A stretch of DNA of 64,000 nucleotides from a virus. The stretch is taken from positions 1,782 through 65,781 of IMG/VR virus record IMGVR_UViG_3300021090_000015, one strand, 5' to 3'. The position numbers were made by a program, and so were the translations under genes. Below, piece by piece: positions 16,790 to 25,085 of the stretch (positions are counted from its first letter, which is position 1; the number at the start of each line of letters is the position of its first letter). The notes below the pieces were generated by a model that made no database searches, was not told where the DNA came from, and saw only the letters and a list, made by a program, of their open reading frames with translations.

Positions 16790-17026
16790 ATGATAACGAA
16801 AAAGGCAAAATTATTGGCTGAAAATTATAGAAAGTCTGGGCAATCACAAGATGATGAAATTTCTTCGTATTCCGATTTAATGGACGAATTGTATAGTAAT
16901 TGTGATCCTACCCTTGATGAATTTTCAGAGTTGATTGGTAGTAGTCCTTCTGAAGAAAAAAAATATTACGAATTTCATTTCAAAAAATCAATGTGGAAGA
17001 AGGTCATATCTGGCGGGCGCAAATAA
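16790..17026 (+). CDS. Cassette 7 hypothetical protein
   Basis: AAGGAG RBS; AT-rich; stops 2 nt before R''. Confidence 0.65.
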   Translation: MITKKAKLLAENYRKSGQSQDDEISSYSDLMDELYSNCDPTLDEFSELIGSSPSEEKKYYEFHFKKSMWKKVISGGRK

Positions 17027-17028
17027 AC

Positions 17029-17154
17029 GCCCAACACCGCTCGCACCTGACCGCCTTTGGCGTGGGTGGGCTGTGGCAATTCCCCTACTTGATCCATTTA
17101 GGCAGAAGTGCCTTCCGCTATACACGGCGGTCAGGTAAAGCAAAACCGTTGGGC
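17029..17154 (+). repeat. attC7
   Basis: GCCCAAC-ACCGCTCGCACCTGACCGCC ... GGCGGTCAGGTAAAGCAAAACC-GTTGGGC. Confidence 0.88.
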
Positions 17155-17177
17155 GCTTCGTGGCGCAAGGAGTGAGT

Positions 17178-17534
17178 ATGGCAAAAGATTACGAAATAAC
17201 AAAATTAGAAATCGCAAAACTCGACATGAAACCAGGTGACACAATCGCTATAAAAATTCTTGGTTCAAGACCATCCGATAGCGAACTCGCACATATTCAT
17301 CGAGTGATAGAGCAAGCCTTGCCAAACGTAAAGGCAATTATTTATAACGAAAATGATATTGAATTGTCAATTGTAAGCAATCAAAAAACAGTCAATCAAA
17401 TTCGTGCCGAGCATGGCTACTCACCACTTCAAAGCGGTAACGTGTATTCCAAAGCGCGCCCAACAAAGCGTGCACTGGACGCGGCTATCGCCTTGAAAAA
17501 TTGGCTGGTTCGGCTATTCACGCCGCGCCAGTAA
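17178..17534 (+). CDS. Cassette 8 hypothetical protein
   Basis: AAGGAG RBS; reads through attC8. Confidence 0.65.
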   Translation: MAKDYEITKLEIAKLDMKPGDTIAIKILGSRPSDSELAHIHRVIEQALPNVKAIIYNENDIELSIVSNQKTVNQIRAEHGYSPLQSGNVYSKARPTKRALDAAIALKNWLVRLFTPRQ

Positions 17535-17549
17535 CGCAAGCCGTTCGGC
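17458..17549 (+). repeat. attC8
   Basis: GCCCAAC-AAAGCGTGCACTGGACGCGGC ... GCCGCGCCAGTAACGCAAGCC-GTTCGGC. Confidence 0.88.
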
Positions 17550-17648
17550 GACGCTGCGCTCCCCCAAAGTGCGGGGGGCTTGGTCGCCGAACGGGGCGCG
17601 GGATGGAATCCCGTTGTCCGGCTCTTTTCGAGTAAATAGGAGTACCTC

Positions 17649-17954
17649 ATGGAATTGACTAATGAGCAAATCAAATCGCTGGCAATGTTCGCTTTAGAAA
17701 TCTTGGATGATTTCCCTGACATCGGAAATTTGGACGGTGGAGATTTGCAAGATATAGCCGAAAGGCACAAAATTCTTGTCCCGCAAATCGTCTACGCTCC
17801 GTGCCATTATGATGGCTGCGCTTGTGCCGAAATGTGTACAGATGATGAATTCACAGCGGGCGTGACTTGCTATCACATTGTTGACTGGCTAGACCGCGTC
17901 GCCGAACAACGGGATGCAATTGCATTGTCCGGGCTCCTTGAATGCGAACCGTAA
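17649..17954 (+). CDS. Cassette 9 Cys-rich hypothetical protein
   Basis: AGGAG RBS; GCCGAAC half-site at 17901. Confidence 0.55.
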   Translation: MELTNEQIKSLAMFALEILDDFPDIGNLDGGDLQDIAERHKILVPQIVYAPCHYDGCACAEMCTDDEFTAGVTCYHIVDWLDRVAEQRDAIALSGLLECEP

Positions 17955-18065
17955 ATGTCACAATGACCGTTCCCGAAGCACCAGCGCAGAAGCGAAAACG
18001 TACTGCAACGTTTTCGCCGCGGCAAAATGGTTTACGGAAAATTGCCCCAAGAGCGATAGGAACAA

Positions 18066-18302
18066 ATGGCGCGAGCAACTTATCGCGCATTGCACGATTG
18101 GCTCAAGGCTCAGTTTGTCGCCGTTGAATTTGGCTTGCTCACTTTTGAAGATGTATTCTTGTCTCATTTCGAATGGGTATTGCCAAATGGATCTGTGCAG
18201 ACTATCAGGCAATTAGTCAAGCCTCGCATTGAAACACGCGGCGAATTTATGCTTGAGGGCGGCGCGTCCAGTGTTGAGGGTGAAGTTGTTGACGAAAACT
18301 AA
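18066..18302 (+). pseudogene. C-terminal part of a conserved-type phage protein; in-frame TAG just upstream
   Basis: RALHDWLKAQ..AVE.GL.TFEDVFL.H..LP.G motif; the frame continues upstream past a TAG 9 nt before the ATG. Confidence 0.4.
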
Positions 18303-18406
18303 CTTGCCGTTGACTGTTTGCTCCGCGTTCCGGGATCGCCCAGCGACGCTGCGCTTCTGTTTTCTGATGTAACAAAAGAGTCTTCAGTGCGTCACGCCTC
18401 AATACT

Positions 18407-18730
18407 ATGTTTAAATCATACAAACGAAAATTCTTCTTATGCACGGGTCAGGCTGTGACTGTTGATCAACTCTCTCAACATCCAAACAGCCATATCATAG
18501 GTGAGTTATCGTATGTGATTGATGAAGGCCGGAAGGTGACTGCATTGGCAGTGTACGAGCTTTCTCTTTTTGTAAGCGATGTACCAGATGAATTTCCGGC
18601 AGTCCGTGTTGAGATCATCGGCGATGCCAGGCGAATCAAGTGTACTTGTTGTGATCATCGCGAACGATGGGAGATCGGTAAGACGGCTTTTATGCAATTA
18701 TTAAAGAGATCCAATTACACTGCGGAATGA
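18407..18730 (+). CDS. Putative late-gene regulator with C-x2-C (homolog 54707..55033)
   Basis: RKF.LCTG..V..D.LS..PNSHIIGEL shared; last gene before late leader. Confidence 0.55.
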   Translation: MFKSYKRKFFLCTGQAVTVDQLSQHPNSHIIGELSYVIDEGRKVTALAVYELSLFVSDVPDEFPAVRVEIIGDARRIKCTCCDHRERWEIGKTAFMQLLKRSNYTAE

Positions 18731-18734
18731 GATG

Positions 18735-18846
18735 TATAATAATCGCCGCACGGAGTACAACCAAATAACCGCAGTCCTGGCGTAGGCTGGGACACCACGG
18801 ATCGGAATGATGCGCCCGATGACTCAATTGAGTCACCGGGCGTTTT
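18735..18846 (+). promoter_or_regulatory. Late promoter, structured leader and terminator (copy 1 of 4)
   Basis: TATAAT..ACAAC..GCAGTCCTGG..GGGAC..GATGC plus hairpin/T-tract; copies at 22276, 55029, 58743. Confidence 0.65.
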
Positions 18847-18880
18847 GATTCCATCCATTATTCAAAAAGGAGAAACTGAA

Positions 18881-19312
18881 ATGCAATCGAAACTTGAAGA
18901 ACTTCTCAAGGCGCTGGGCCTGCCTGTTGGCTTGGCCGCGGTCATTGCCAGTGTTGCTGTCTTCCTCGGTCTTCCGTTGGAGCAAGCCTTTCAACTCTTT
19001 GCTCTATTGACCGGTGTTCCGTTTGTCATTGGGCTCATCATTGATCTACTCAAGCTCGTTGGTGTGGTCACACCTGGCACATCGGGGATATGGTCCGCGG
19101 GTCTCAATCTTGCTGCCATTCTTGGGCTTTCTGTCCTACTCAAGTATGTGCCTGACTTCGATGTCAATACATGGGACGCGCAGATCCTTGAATTAGCAAA
19201 GGCTGTCATCTTGATCATTACTTGGATTGCTCAAATCTTTGGCACCAAGGGAGCGCATCAATTCTATAGCCGCGGCTTGCGCATTGCACAGTTCAGCTTT
19301 GCCAAAGCCTGA
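18881..19312 (+). CDS. Holin-like membrane protein
   Basis: About 4 TM segments; positional equivalent 55149..55466. Confidence 0.5.
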   Translation: MQSKLEELLKALGLPVGLAAVIASVAVFLGLPLEQAFQLFALLTGVPFVIGLIIDLLKLVGVVTPGTSGIWSAGLNLAAILGLSVLLKYVPDFDVNTWDAQILELAKAVILIITWIAQIFGTKGAHQFYSRGLRIAQFSFAKA

Positions 19313-19363
19313 TCAATGACAGAGCGTGGATGGAGAGATCTGTCCATGCTCTGATGGTGATCC

Positions 19364-19702
19364 ATGCCATATGCGTCATTGCGGAAGTGTACCTATCCTG
19401 GGTGTAATGTCCTTGTGAAATCGGGGCGATGTGTTGCTCATCCATCCAATCATGTGGTCCGTGATCCTGATGTCAAGAAGCTATACAATTCTCCACGTTG
19501 GAAGTCCATTCGCATTATGCAGCTCACAGAGTATCCATGGTGTGCCAATTGTCTGCGTAATGGAATTCATGTCCCTGCGATTGAGGTCCATCACACTGAG
19601 CCACACAAAGGCGACCCTGAGAAGTTCTTCAATGGTCCACTTGAATCATTGTGCAAGCCTTGCCATTCATCAGAGACAGCCAAAGAAGTTGGCTGGCATT
19701 GA
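19364..19702 (+). CDS. Terminase-associated HNH endonuclease (HK97 gp74-like)
   Basis: C..PGC...GRC..H; C..C...VHH...H.G...LC..CHS. Confidence 0.85.
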   Translation: MPYASLRKCTYPGCNVLVKSGRCVAHPSNHVVRDPDVKKLYNSPRWKSIRIMQLTEYPWCANCLRNGIHVPAIEVHHTEPHKGDPEKFFNGPLESLCKPCHSSETAKEVGWH

Positions 19703-19710
19703 TCATTACA

Positions 19711-19788
19711 ACCCCCACCAAAAAAAGTTTTTCATGGAGGGCTTAGAACGGCTGTGGCAGGCTTCGCGTGAAAGAGTCCCCGATCAGC
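19711..19788. other. Candidate cos/packaging region
   Basis: Between HNH and terS; CCCCC..AAAAGTTT..TAGAACGG..GTGAAAGAGTCCCC.ATCAGC conserved with 55816-55894. Confidence 0.45.
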
Positions 19789-19882
19789 CAATATATTTTT
19801 GGTGTATGCCTGGGAATTCATTCAGCATTGAGATGGTTCAACCGGCCAGCAGGCCCGCGCATCGGGAGTCTGTGAGCGCGTA

Positions 19883-20344
19883 ATGCCAACACGAGCCGTT
19901 GCAGCGAAAACGATGAAGATCGGCAAGAAGGGCGGAGGAAAACATTGGACCCGAAAAGAGAAACAAGCGCGTGATCAAGCTGCGAAAGATTTCGAGCGCA
20001 ACGATGATGCGAAGATCAAGGCCCCGGTGTGGATTAGTAAAGAGGGATTGAAGATCTGGGATAAGAAACTTGCTGAGATCAAAGGACTCAACGCAAGCAC
20101 TGAATTATTGGACGCGCTCGATAGTGAGATACTCGCTTTGTTCTGTGATGCGGTGGCACATTACAAGAAGATCGCTTTGAAGAATCGATTGAAAATCGAT
20201 GATCACAAACTCATGCAGACGTACATGCTGCGCATCCAGGGATATTCGGAGCGGCTGGGATTTACGCCAGGTGCACGCGCCCGCCTGGTAAAGAAGCGCG
20301 CAGAGGGACCGGAAAAAGATGAGTTCGGGGAGAAGTTTGATTGA
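19883..20344 (+). CDS. terS: Terminase small subunit
   Basis: P.W....W; LGFTP.AR.RL; position before terL. Confidence 0.8.
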   Translation: MPTRAVAAKTMKIGKKGGGKHWTRKEKQARDQAAKDFERNDDAKIKAPVWISKEGLKIWDKKLAEIKGLNASTELLDALDSEILALFCDAVAHYKKIALKNRLKIDDHKLMQTYMLRIQGYSERLGFTPGARARLVKKRAEGPEKDEFGEKFD

Positions 20345-22254
20345 CGCACCCAGCTACACAATACGCGCTCGATGCAGTTGAAGGCAGGATCGTTGTTGGC
20401 CGGTGGGAGAGGCTGACGTGTCTCCGCCATTTGTATGACCTCGCTCGAGCTGGGCAGCTTCCAGGGATACTGGCGAAGCGCGTTGAGAAGGCGACGACTC
20501 GTCCATTGCCGCCGCGCGATCCGGAGTGGCCATGGATCTTCGATGAAGAGCAGGCGAGTTTTGTCGCCATCGAATGGTTCTCGCACCTGGTGCACGTGGA
20601 GGGCGAGCTTGCAGGGCAGCCGATTGAATTAATTCCGGCGCATATGTTCGAGGTCTCGTGCATCTTCGGATGGGTTTCAAAGACCGAGACGATCACACGC
20701 AGCAATGGCAGGGTGGTGGGACTGCGCAGATTCAATACGGTGTTCGATACCGAAGCGCGCAAGAATTCAAAAACAACGCGCGGCTCGGGCGTTGGCTTGT
20801 ATATGCTGGTTGGAGATATGGAGGCTGCACCCGCGGTTTATTGCACGGCAGTGGACCGCTCCCAGGCACGAGTGCTCTATAATTATTCAAAGACAATGGG
20901 GGAAAAGAGCAGGGACATCCGCAGACGATTACGCATTGGCAAGTATGAGATGAATCATCGCGCGCGCGGCGGTGAGATGAAAGCCTTTTCGGGCGAGGTC
21001 AAGAATAAGGATTCATTCAACCCGAGCTGTGCGTTCATCGATGAATACCATGCACATTCCACGAGCAAACTCTTTGACCTGATGTCCACGGCGCAGGGAC
21101 AGCGCGCCCAGCCATTGATCTATACGATCACGACCGCGGGCGATGACGTGGAGAGTTCCTGTTATCAGGAATATCAATATTGCAAATTGATCGTCGAAGG
21201 GTCGGTGAGTCTCAATCCCGATGCAACAAAAAACGAGCGTTACTTCGTGATCATTCGCGAGATGGATGATGGCGATGACGAGCATGATCCCAGGAATTGG
21301 ATCAAGTCAAATCCTTTACGGGCATCGACACCCAAGGGATTGGAGAGATTGAAGCAGCAGCATGATACGGCATTCGGCTCGCAGATCCCGGAGAAGATTC
21401 GCGCGTTCCGAGTGAAGAACCTGAATAAATGGGTGCATGGAAACGAAGCCAGCTATATGGGCGATTACATGGTGGGGGATGGGGTGAAGCCGTCGAAGTG
21501 GGACCAGCTGGCGGTGTCGCGTGAAGCGTTCCTGGAATTGACGCGCGGTCTGTTATGCGTGGTGGGTGTGGACCTGTCGAAGAAGATCGATCTCACCGCG
21601 CTGGCTTATGTCTTCGCGCTGCGGGATGGACGCGTCGCCATCTCTGCACATGGATTCATGCCTGAAGCGGGAGTCAAGCGTCATGAGCAGACGGATAAAA
21701 TCCCGTATCGACACTGGGCGAAAGGTGGATGGTTGACCATCACGGAAGGGGACGTGGTCGATTATGAATCCCTGCAATCGCAGATCGAAGCCATCAACGG
21801 GAAACTATATGCGACCGAGGAAGAACACGAATTGGCAAAGGTGAGACTGCTCGCGATCCATTACGCCGCGCTGAATGGGTGGCAGGTGCACGAGATCTGT
21901 TATGACCCATACAATGCCACACAATTCAAAAACGAGATGGATAAAAAGGGATTCACCACCATTGAGGTACGGCAGACCATGCCAAACTTGAATGAGCCAA
22001 CGAAGACATTTCGCGAGCTGGTGGCCAGCGGCAAACTGGTGCACGATGGATCGCCATTGCTGACCTGGTGCGTGGGGAATGCGCAGGAGATCGTGGACAC
22101 CAAGGAGAACATTATGATCTCGAAAAAGAAGTCGAAGGACACACGCCGCGTGGACCTGCTGGCGGCGGGGATCGATGGTTTGTTCCGGATCGAGCCGCTG
22201 CGCGAGGCAACGAGTTATTCGGATTATGTGAACTCGGATGATTTTGGACTGTAG
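20341..22254 (+). CDS. terL: Terminase large subunit
   Basis: ARKNSKT Walker A, FIDEYH Walker B, GVDLS...D, RVDLLAA nuclease. Confidence 0.93.
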   Translation: MTHPATQYALDAVEGRIVVGRWERLTCLRHLYDLARAGQLPGILAKRVEKATTRPLPPRDPEWPWIFDEEQASFVAIEWFSHLVHVEGELAGQPIELIPAHMFEVSCIFGWVSKTETITRSNGRVVGLRRFNTVFDTEARKNSKTTRGSGVGLYMLVGDMEAAPAVYCTAVDRSQARVLYNYSKTMGEKSRDIRRRLRIGKYEMNHRARGGEMKAFSGEVKNKDSFNPSCAFIDEYHAHSTSKLFDLMSTAQGQRAQPLIYTITTAGDDVESSCYQEYQYCKLIVEGSVSLNPDATKNERYFVIIREMDDGDDEHDPRNWIKSNPLRASTPKGLERLKQQHDTAFGSQIPEKIRAFRVKNLNKWVHGNEASYMGDYMVGDGVKPSKWDQLAVSREAFLELTRGLLCVVGVDLSKKIDLTALAYVFALRDGRVAISAHGFMPEAGVKRHEQTDKIPYRHWAKGGWLTITEGDVVDYESLQSQIEAINGKLYATEEEHELAKVRLLAIHYAALNGWQVHEICYDPYNATQFKNEMDKKGFTTIEVRQTMPNLNEPTKTFRELVASGKLVHDGSPLLTWCVGNAQEIVDTKENIMISKKKSKDTRRVDLLAAGIDGLFRIEPLREATSYSDYVNSDDFGL

Positions 22255-22275
22255 GGCGTTTGTCATTTAGTACAC

Positions 22276-22399
22276 TTGACAATTCCCTTTATGGGGCTAT
22301 AATCTGAAACGTTCTACAACTGATCGCACTCCTGGCGCAGGCCGGGAGACTTGTTGGAGTGATGCGCCCGACGACTCAAATGAGTCGTCGGGCGTTTTT
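22276..22399 (+). promoter_or_regulatory. Promoter, structured leader and terminator (copy 2)
   Basis: TTGACA-16-TATAAT; GCGCCCGACGACTCA-AA-TGAGTCGTCGGGCGT-TTTT. Confidence 0.75.
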
Positions 22400-22419
22400 G
22401 TTTATCCATGCTGTGAAGA

Positions 22420-22707
22420 GTGAATGAAAACAAAAATCGAGTCAGGCATATTACTGTACGGCATCCCACACCTTCACGGCGTGCCATCGTGATCGTTGTC
22501 GCCCAATTACAAGATTCAATTGGAAACTGGATGACACCCACAATCACATTCGAAGGTCCGCTTTCCCCAATTCTTGAAAGCGGACGATATGCCAGAGATG
22601 TGGCACAAGCCCTTATTGTGGCTGCTTATTTTTTCGACCGGTTCATGGTGGATGTGACCAGGGATGAGGTAGAAAGAAATGATGTGGGTGATGATGCAAA
22701 ATCGTGA
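22420..22707 (+). CDS. Hypothetical protein
   Basis: 95-aa ORF after leader. Confidence 0.45.
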   Translation: MNENKNRVRHITVRHPTPSRRAIVIVVAQLQDSIGNWMTPTITFEGPLSPILESGRYARDVAQALIVAAYFFDRFMVDVTRDEVERNDVGDDAKS

Positions 22708-23146
22708 CGACACGTTAGACGCATTCAAGCTGATGCCAATCGAAGAACAGATCGTGGCATTGTATGGCATGATGCGTTTTTTCTCGTCCCAATTGGCAAC
22801 ACATCAAAGGAGCCAGATCGAATGGCAGGATAAATTCATCTTGCGTTTCGATGATTTCATCGATGACATGAACCGGGTACGTGATGAGCGCCGCATGCAG
22901 GAATTGCGGGAAGCCGAAGCACTCCTGAGGGCGAAACAAAATGCCACCGGTGAAAAACATTCTCTTACCACGAGCCAAAGGCTGAGACTAAAAGAGTTGA
23001 CGGAGGAGTATGTTGATTGGCGAAAAATGTGGCGTGAGAAGATCCTGCCCACCATGATCACCATAATTACTGGCGGTGTAGTGGGCACAATCACAATTGC
23101 ATTGATTTGGGAATTGATCAAATATGCAGCGAGGATTGCCCCATGA
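22679..23146 (+). CDS. Coiled-coil protein with C-terminal TM helix
   Basis: Similar architecture to 54067..54696. Confidence 0.55.
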   Translation: MMWVMMQNRDDTLDAFKLMPIEEQIVALYGMMRFFSSQLATHQRSQIEWQDKFILRFDDFIDDMNRVRDERRMQELREAEALLRAKQNATGEKHSLTTSQRLRLKELTEEYVDWRKMWREKILPTMITIITGGVVGTITIALIWELIKYAARIAP

Positions 23147-23691
23147 AGAAAATTCTTCTTTCCGCGATGAAGGATAAATATGCGGGACGCCCCGCGGCTG
23201 TGCTGGGAGGTGGTCCCAGTTTGCCCACTGATCTGGTGCGGCTGCCGAAGGGGTGCATTCTGATCGCTGTGAATTATCACGGATTCTATTATTGCAAGCC
23301 GAAGTATATGGTCTACAACGATACGCCAGAGACCAACCCATTGCAGGTGAAAGCTGTGCAGGAGCATCAGGCCATCCACGTCAGCCCGGAACCGACGACC
23401 GATGTGATCTTCGATATGCCGGACGTGTGGACCGGATTTTTTAGCTCCAACACAGCGACATGGTTTGCCTTGTGGATGGGATGTGACCCTGTCATTTTGT
23501 GCGGGATGGATTGTTACCAGGGACCGGTGAAGCATTGTCCGCCATCGACCTATCATTCCCCAATGTTCGAATACCCGCTTGATTTTTATATCCGTCCCTG
23601 GGTGGAGGATTGCCGCTATTCCGTGCCACACCCCGAGCGCATACGCGCCATGAGTGGGCCGCTTGTGGATGTGTTCGGAGCATTGGCATGA
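23143..23691 (+). CDS. DUF115/MptE-like (Maf-type) protein (homolog 62999..63544)
   Basis: AAVLGGGPSL...IAVN...MG..P..L.GMD. Confidence 0.7.
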   Translation: MKKILLSAMKDKYAGRPAAVLGGGPSLPTDLVRLPKGCILIAVNYHGFYYCKPKYMVYNDTPETNPLQVKAVQEHQAIHVSPEPTTDVIFDMPDVWTGFFSSNTATWFALWMGCDPVILCGMDCYQGPVKHCPPSTYHSPMFEYPLDFYIRPWVEDCRYSVPHPERIRAMSGPLVDVFGALA

Positions 23692-23843
23692 ATAAATATC
23701 TTGACGATATTTTTTACTGGCTGGGTGCACTGTTGGTCAGTGCTGGTGCATATCTAATCTACCCGGCTTTTGCATTGATCGTATTTGGTTTTTATTGTTC
23801 CCTTTTCAGCTATCTGATCGGAAAGGCGAAGGCAAATCAATGA
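23688..23843 (+). CDS. Small pre-portal membrane protein
   Basis: 51 aa, two TM segments; homolog 62847..63002. Confidence 0.7.
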   Translation: MNKYLDDIFYWLGALLVSAGAYLIYPAFALIVFGFYCSLFSYLIGKAKANQ

Positions 23844-25084
23844 TCGTCACCGGTGCATTGACTTCTCCAAAGGCGGTGCCGCCTGCGAAGACGGAATCAG
23901 TTCCAGATCAGGGCGGGAGTCTGTATGCGGGTCGCAGCCAGACGCGCGCAAAGCAGATGATCAGCCCGGAGTTGGCGAAGCGCGTGGCGACGTATTTCCG
24001 CTGTTTGAACACGATCACCGACGATATCGCCAACATGCCGCTGCAACAATTCCAGCGCGTGAAACTCAACAACGGTCTGCGGTTGACACAGCAGATCGAT
24101 CCTAACCCGAACCTGCGCAACATTTCCTATCTAATCGAGGTCAAGCCTAACCGGTGGATGAATCCATTCATCCTCAAGAAAACATCAATCATGTGGCTAC
24201 TCTCGTGGGGCAATGCGTTGATCTGGCAGCCGCCTCCACCGGCGCCGCGCGAACTATTCATCCTGCCTGCGAATGTGACCATGCCAAAATTCGATCCCGA
24301 TGGGAACCTATGGTACGAGGTGCGTTTTCCGAACGGAGAAAAACGCTACATCCCGGAGGTCGAGGTGGTGCACGTGATGATCAACTCGACGAATGGCATC
24401 TGGGGTAGATCTGTTTTGGAATATGCGCGTGAGACCGTTGGACTGCGGATGGGGATGTCTGCGACGCAGAGCAGCGTGCAAGGGCAGGGATTGAACCCGG
24501 CGGCGTACGTCCAGGTGAATGCCATACTCGATAAACAGGGACGGGACAATTATCGTGAGGCCTACAGCGATGGCATCAGCGGCGCAGAGAATGCCGGCAA
24601 TCTGATCGTCTTTGACAACAAGGTCACGAAATTCGAACCGATCACGATGCAATTCCGGGATGCACAGTTCCTGGAAAGTTTGCAAAGCACAGATATGGAG
24701 ATCGCAAACTTTTTCAAATTTCCTGCCTACAAACTGAATTCAGGAAAGCAATCCTACCAGAGCAATGAACAGCAGGACCTGGATTATCTAAAATCCTGTC
24801 TTGATCCGCACCTGGTGCAGTGGGAGCAGGCGGCGCGTCTGCAATGGCTGAGTGAGGCGGAGCAGCAGAGTAATTATTTCAAATTCATTCGGGAGTCCAT
24901 CCTGCGCACGAATGCCAAGAGCCGTGCGGAGCTGCATGAGATCCAGATCCGCTCCGGGACAATGCAACCAAATGAATCGCGTGAGATTGAAGACCGCGAT
25001 GGATATAAGGAAGGCGGCAAGTTCTACATGACCAAGAATTATGGTCCAGTCGGTAGCGAGCCGAAACCTGCACAAGGAGAATGA
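23840..25084 (+). CDS. Portal protein (HK97 family)
   Basis: V..C.N.I..DIA.MPL, LL.WGNA, G.S.LEYARE.VG, DAQFLE, SN.EQQ, NE.R..E. Confidence 0.92.
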   Translation: MIVTGALTSPKAVPPAKTESVPDQGGSLYAGRSQTRAKQMISPELAKRVATYFRCLNTITDDIANMPLQQFQRVKLNNGLRLTQQIDPNPNLRNISYLIEVKPNRWMNPFILKKTSIMWLLSWGNALIWQPPPPAPRELFILPANVTMPKFDPDGNLWYEVRFPNGEKRYIPEVEVVHVMINSTNGIWGRSVLEYARETVGLRMGMSATQSSVQGQGLNPAAYVQVNAILDKQGRDNYREAYSDGISGAENAGNLIVFDNKVTKFEPITMQFRDAQFLESLQSTDMEIANFFKFPAYKLNSGKQSYQSNEQQDLDYLKSCLDPHLVQWEQAARLQWLSEAEQQSNYFKFIRESILRTNAKSRAELHEIQIRSGTMQPNESREIEDRDGYKEGGKFYMTKNYGPVGSEPKPAQGE

Positions 25085-25085
25085 G

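Larger units (their letters stand above)
14183..18302 (+). mobile_element. Integron cassette array (about 8-9 cassettes) inside the prophage
   Basis: Eight attC-like sites separating short co-oriented ORFs directly downstream of intI. Confidence 0.85.

Noticed and set aside
22804-23730. Long antisense ORFs (e.g. 22804..23730, 28983..29690, 34620..35408, 45738..46460)
   Set aside because: Shadow frames of well-supported plus-strand genes in GC-rich DNA; no motifs.
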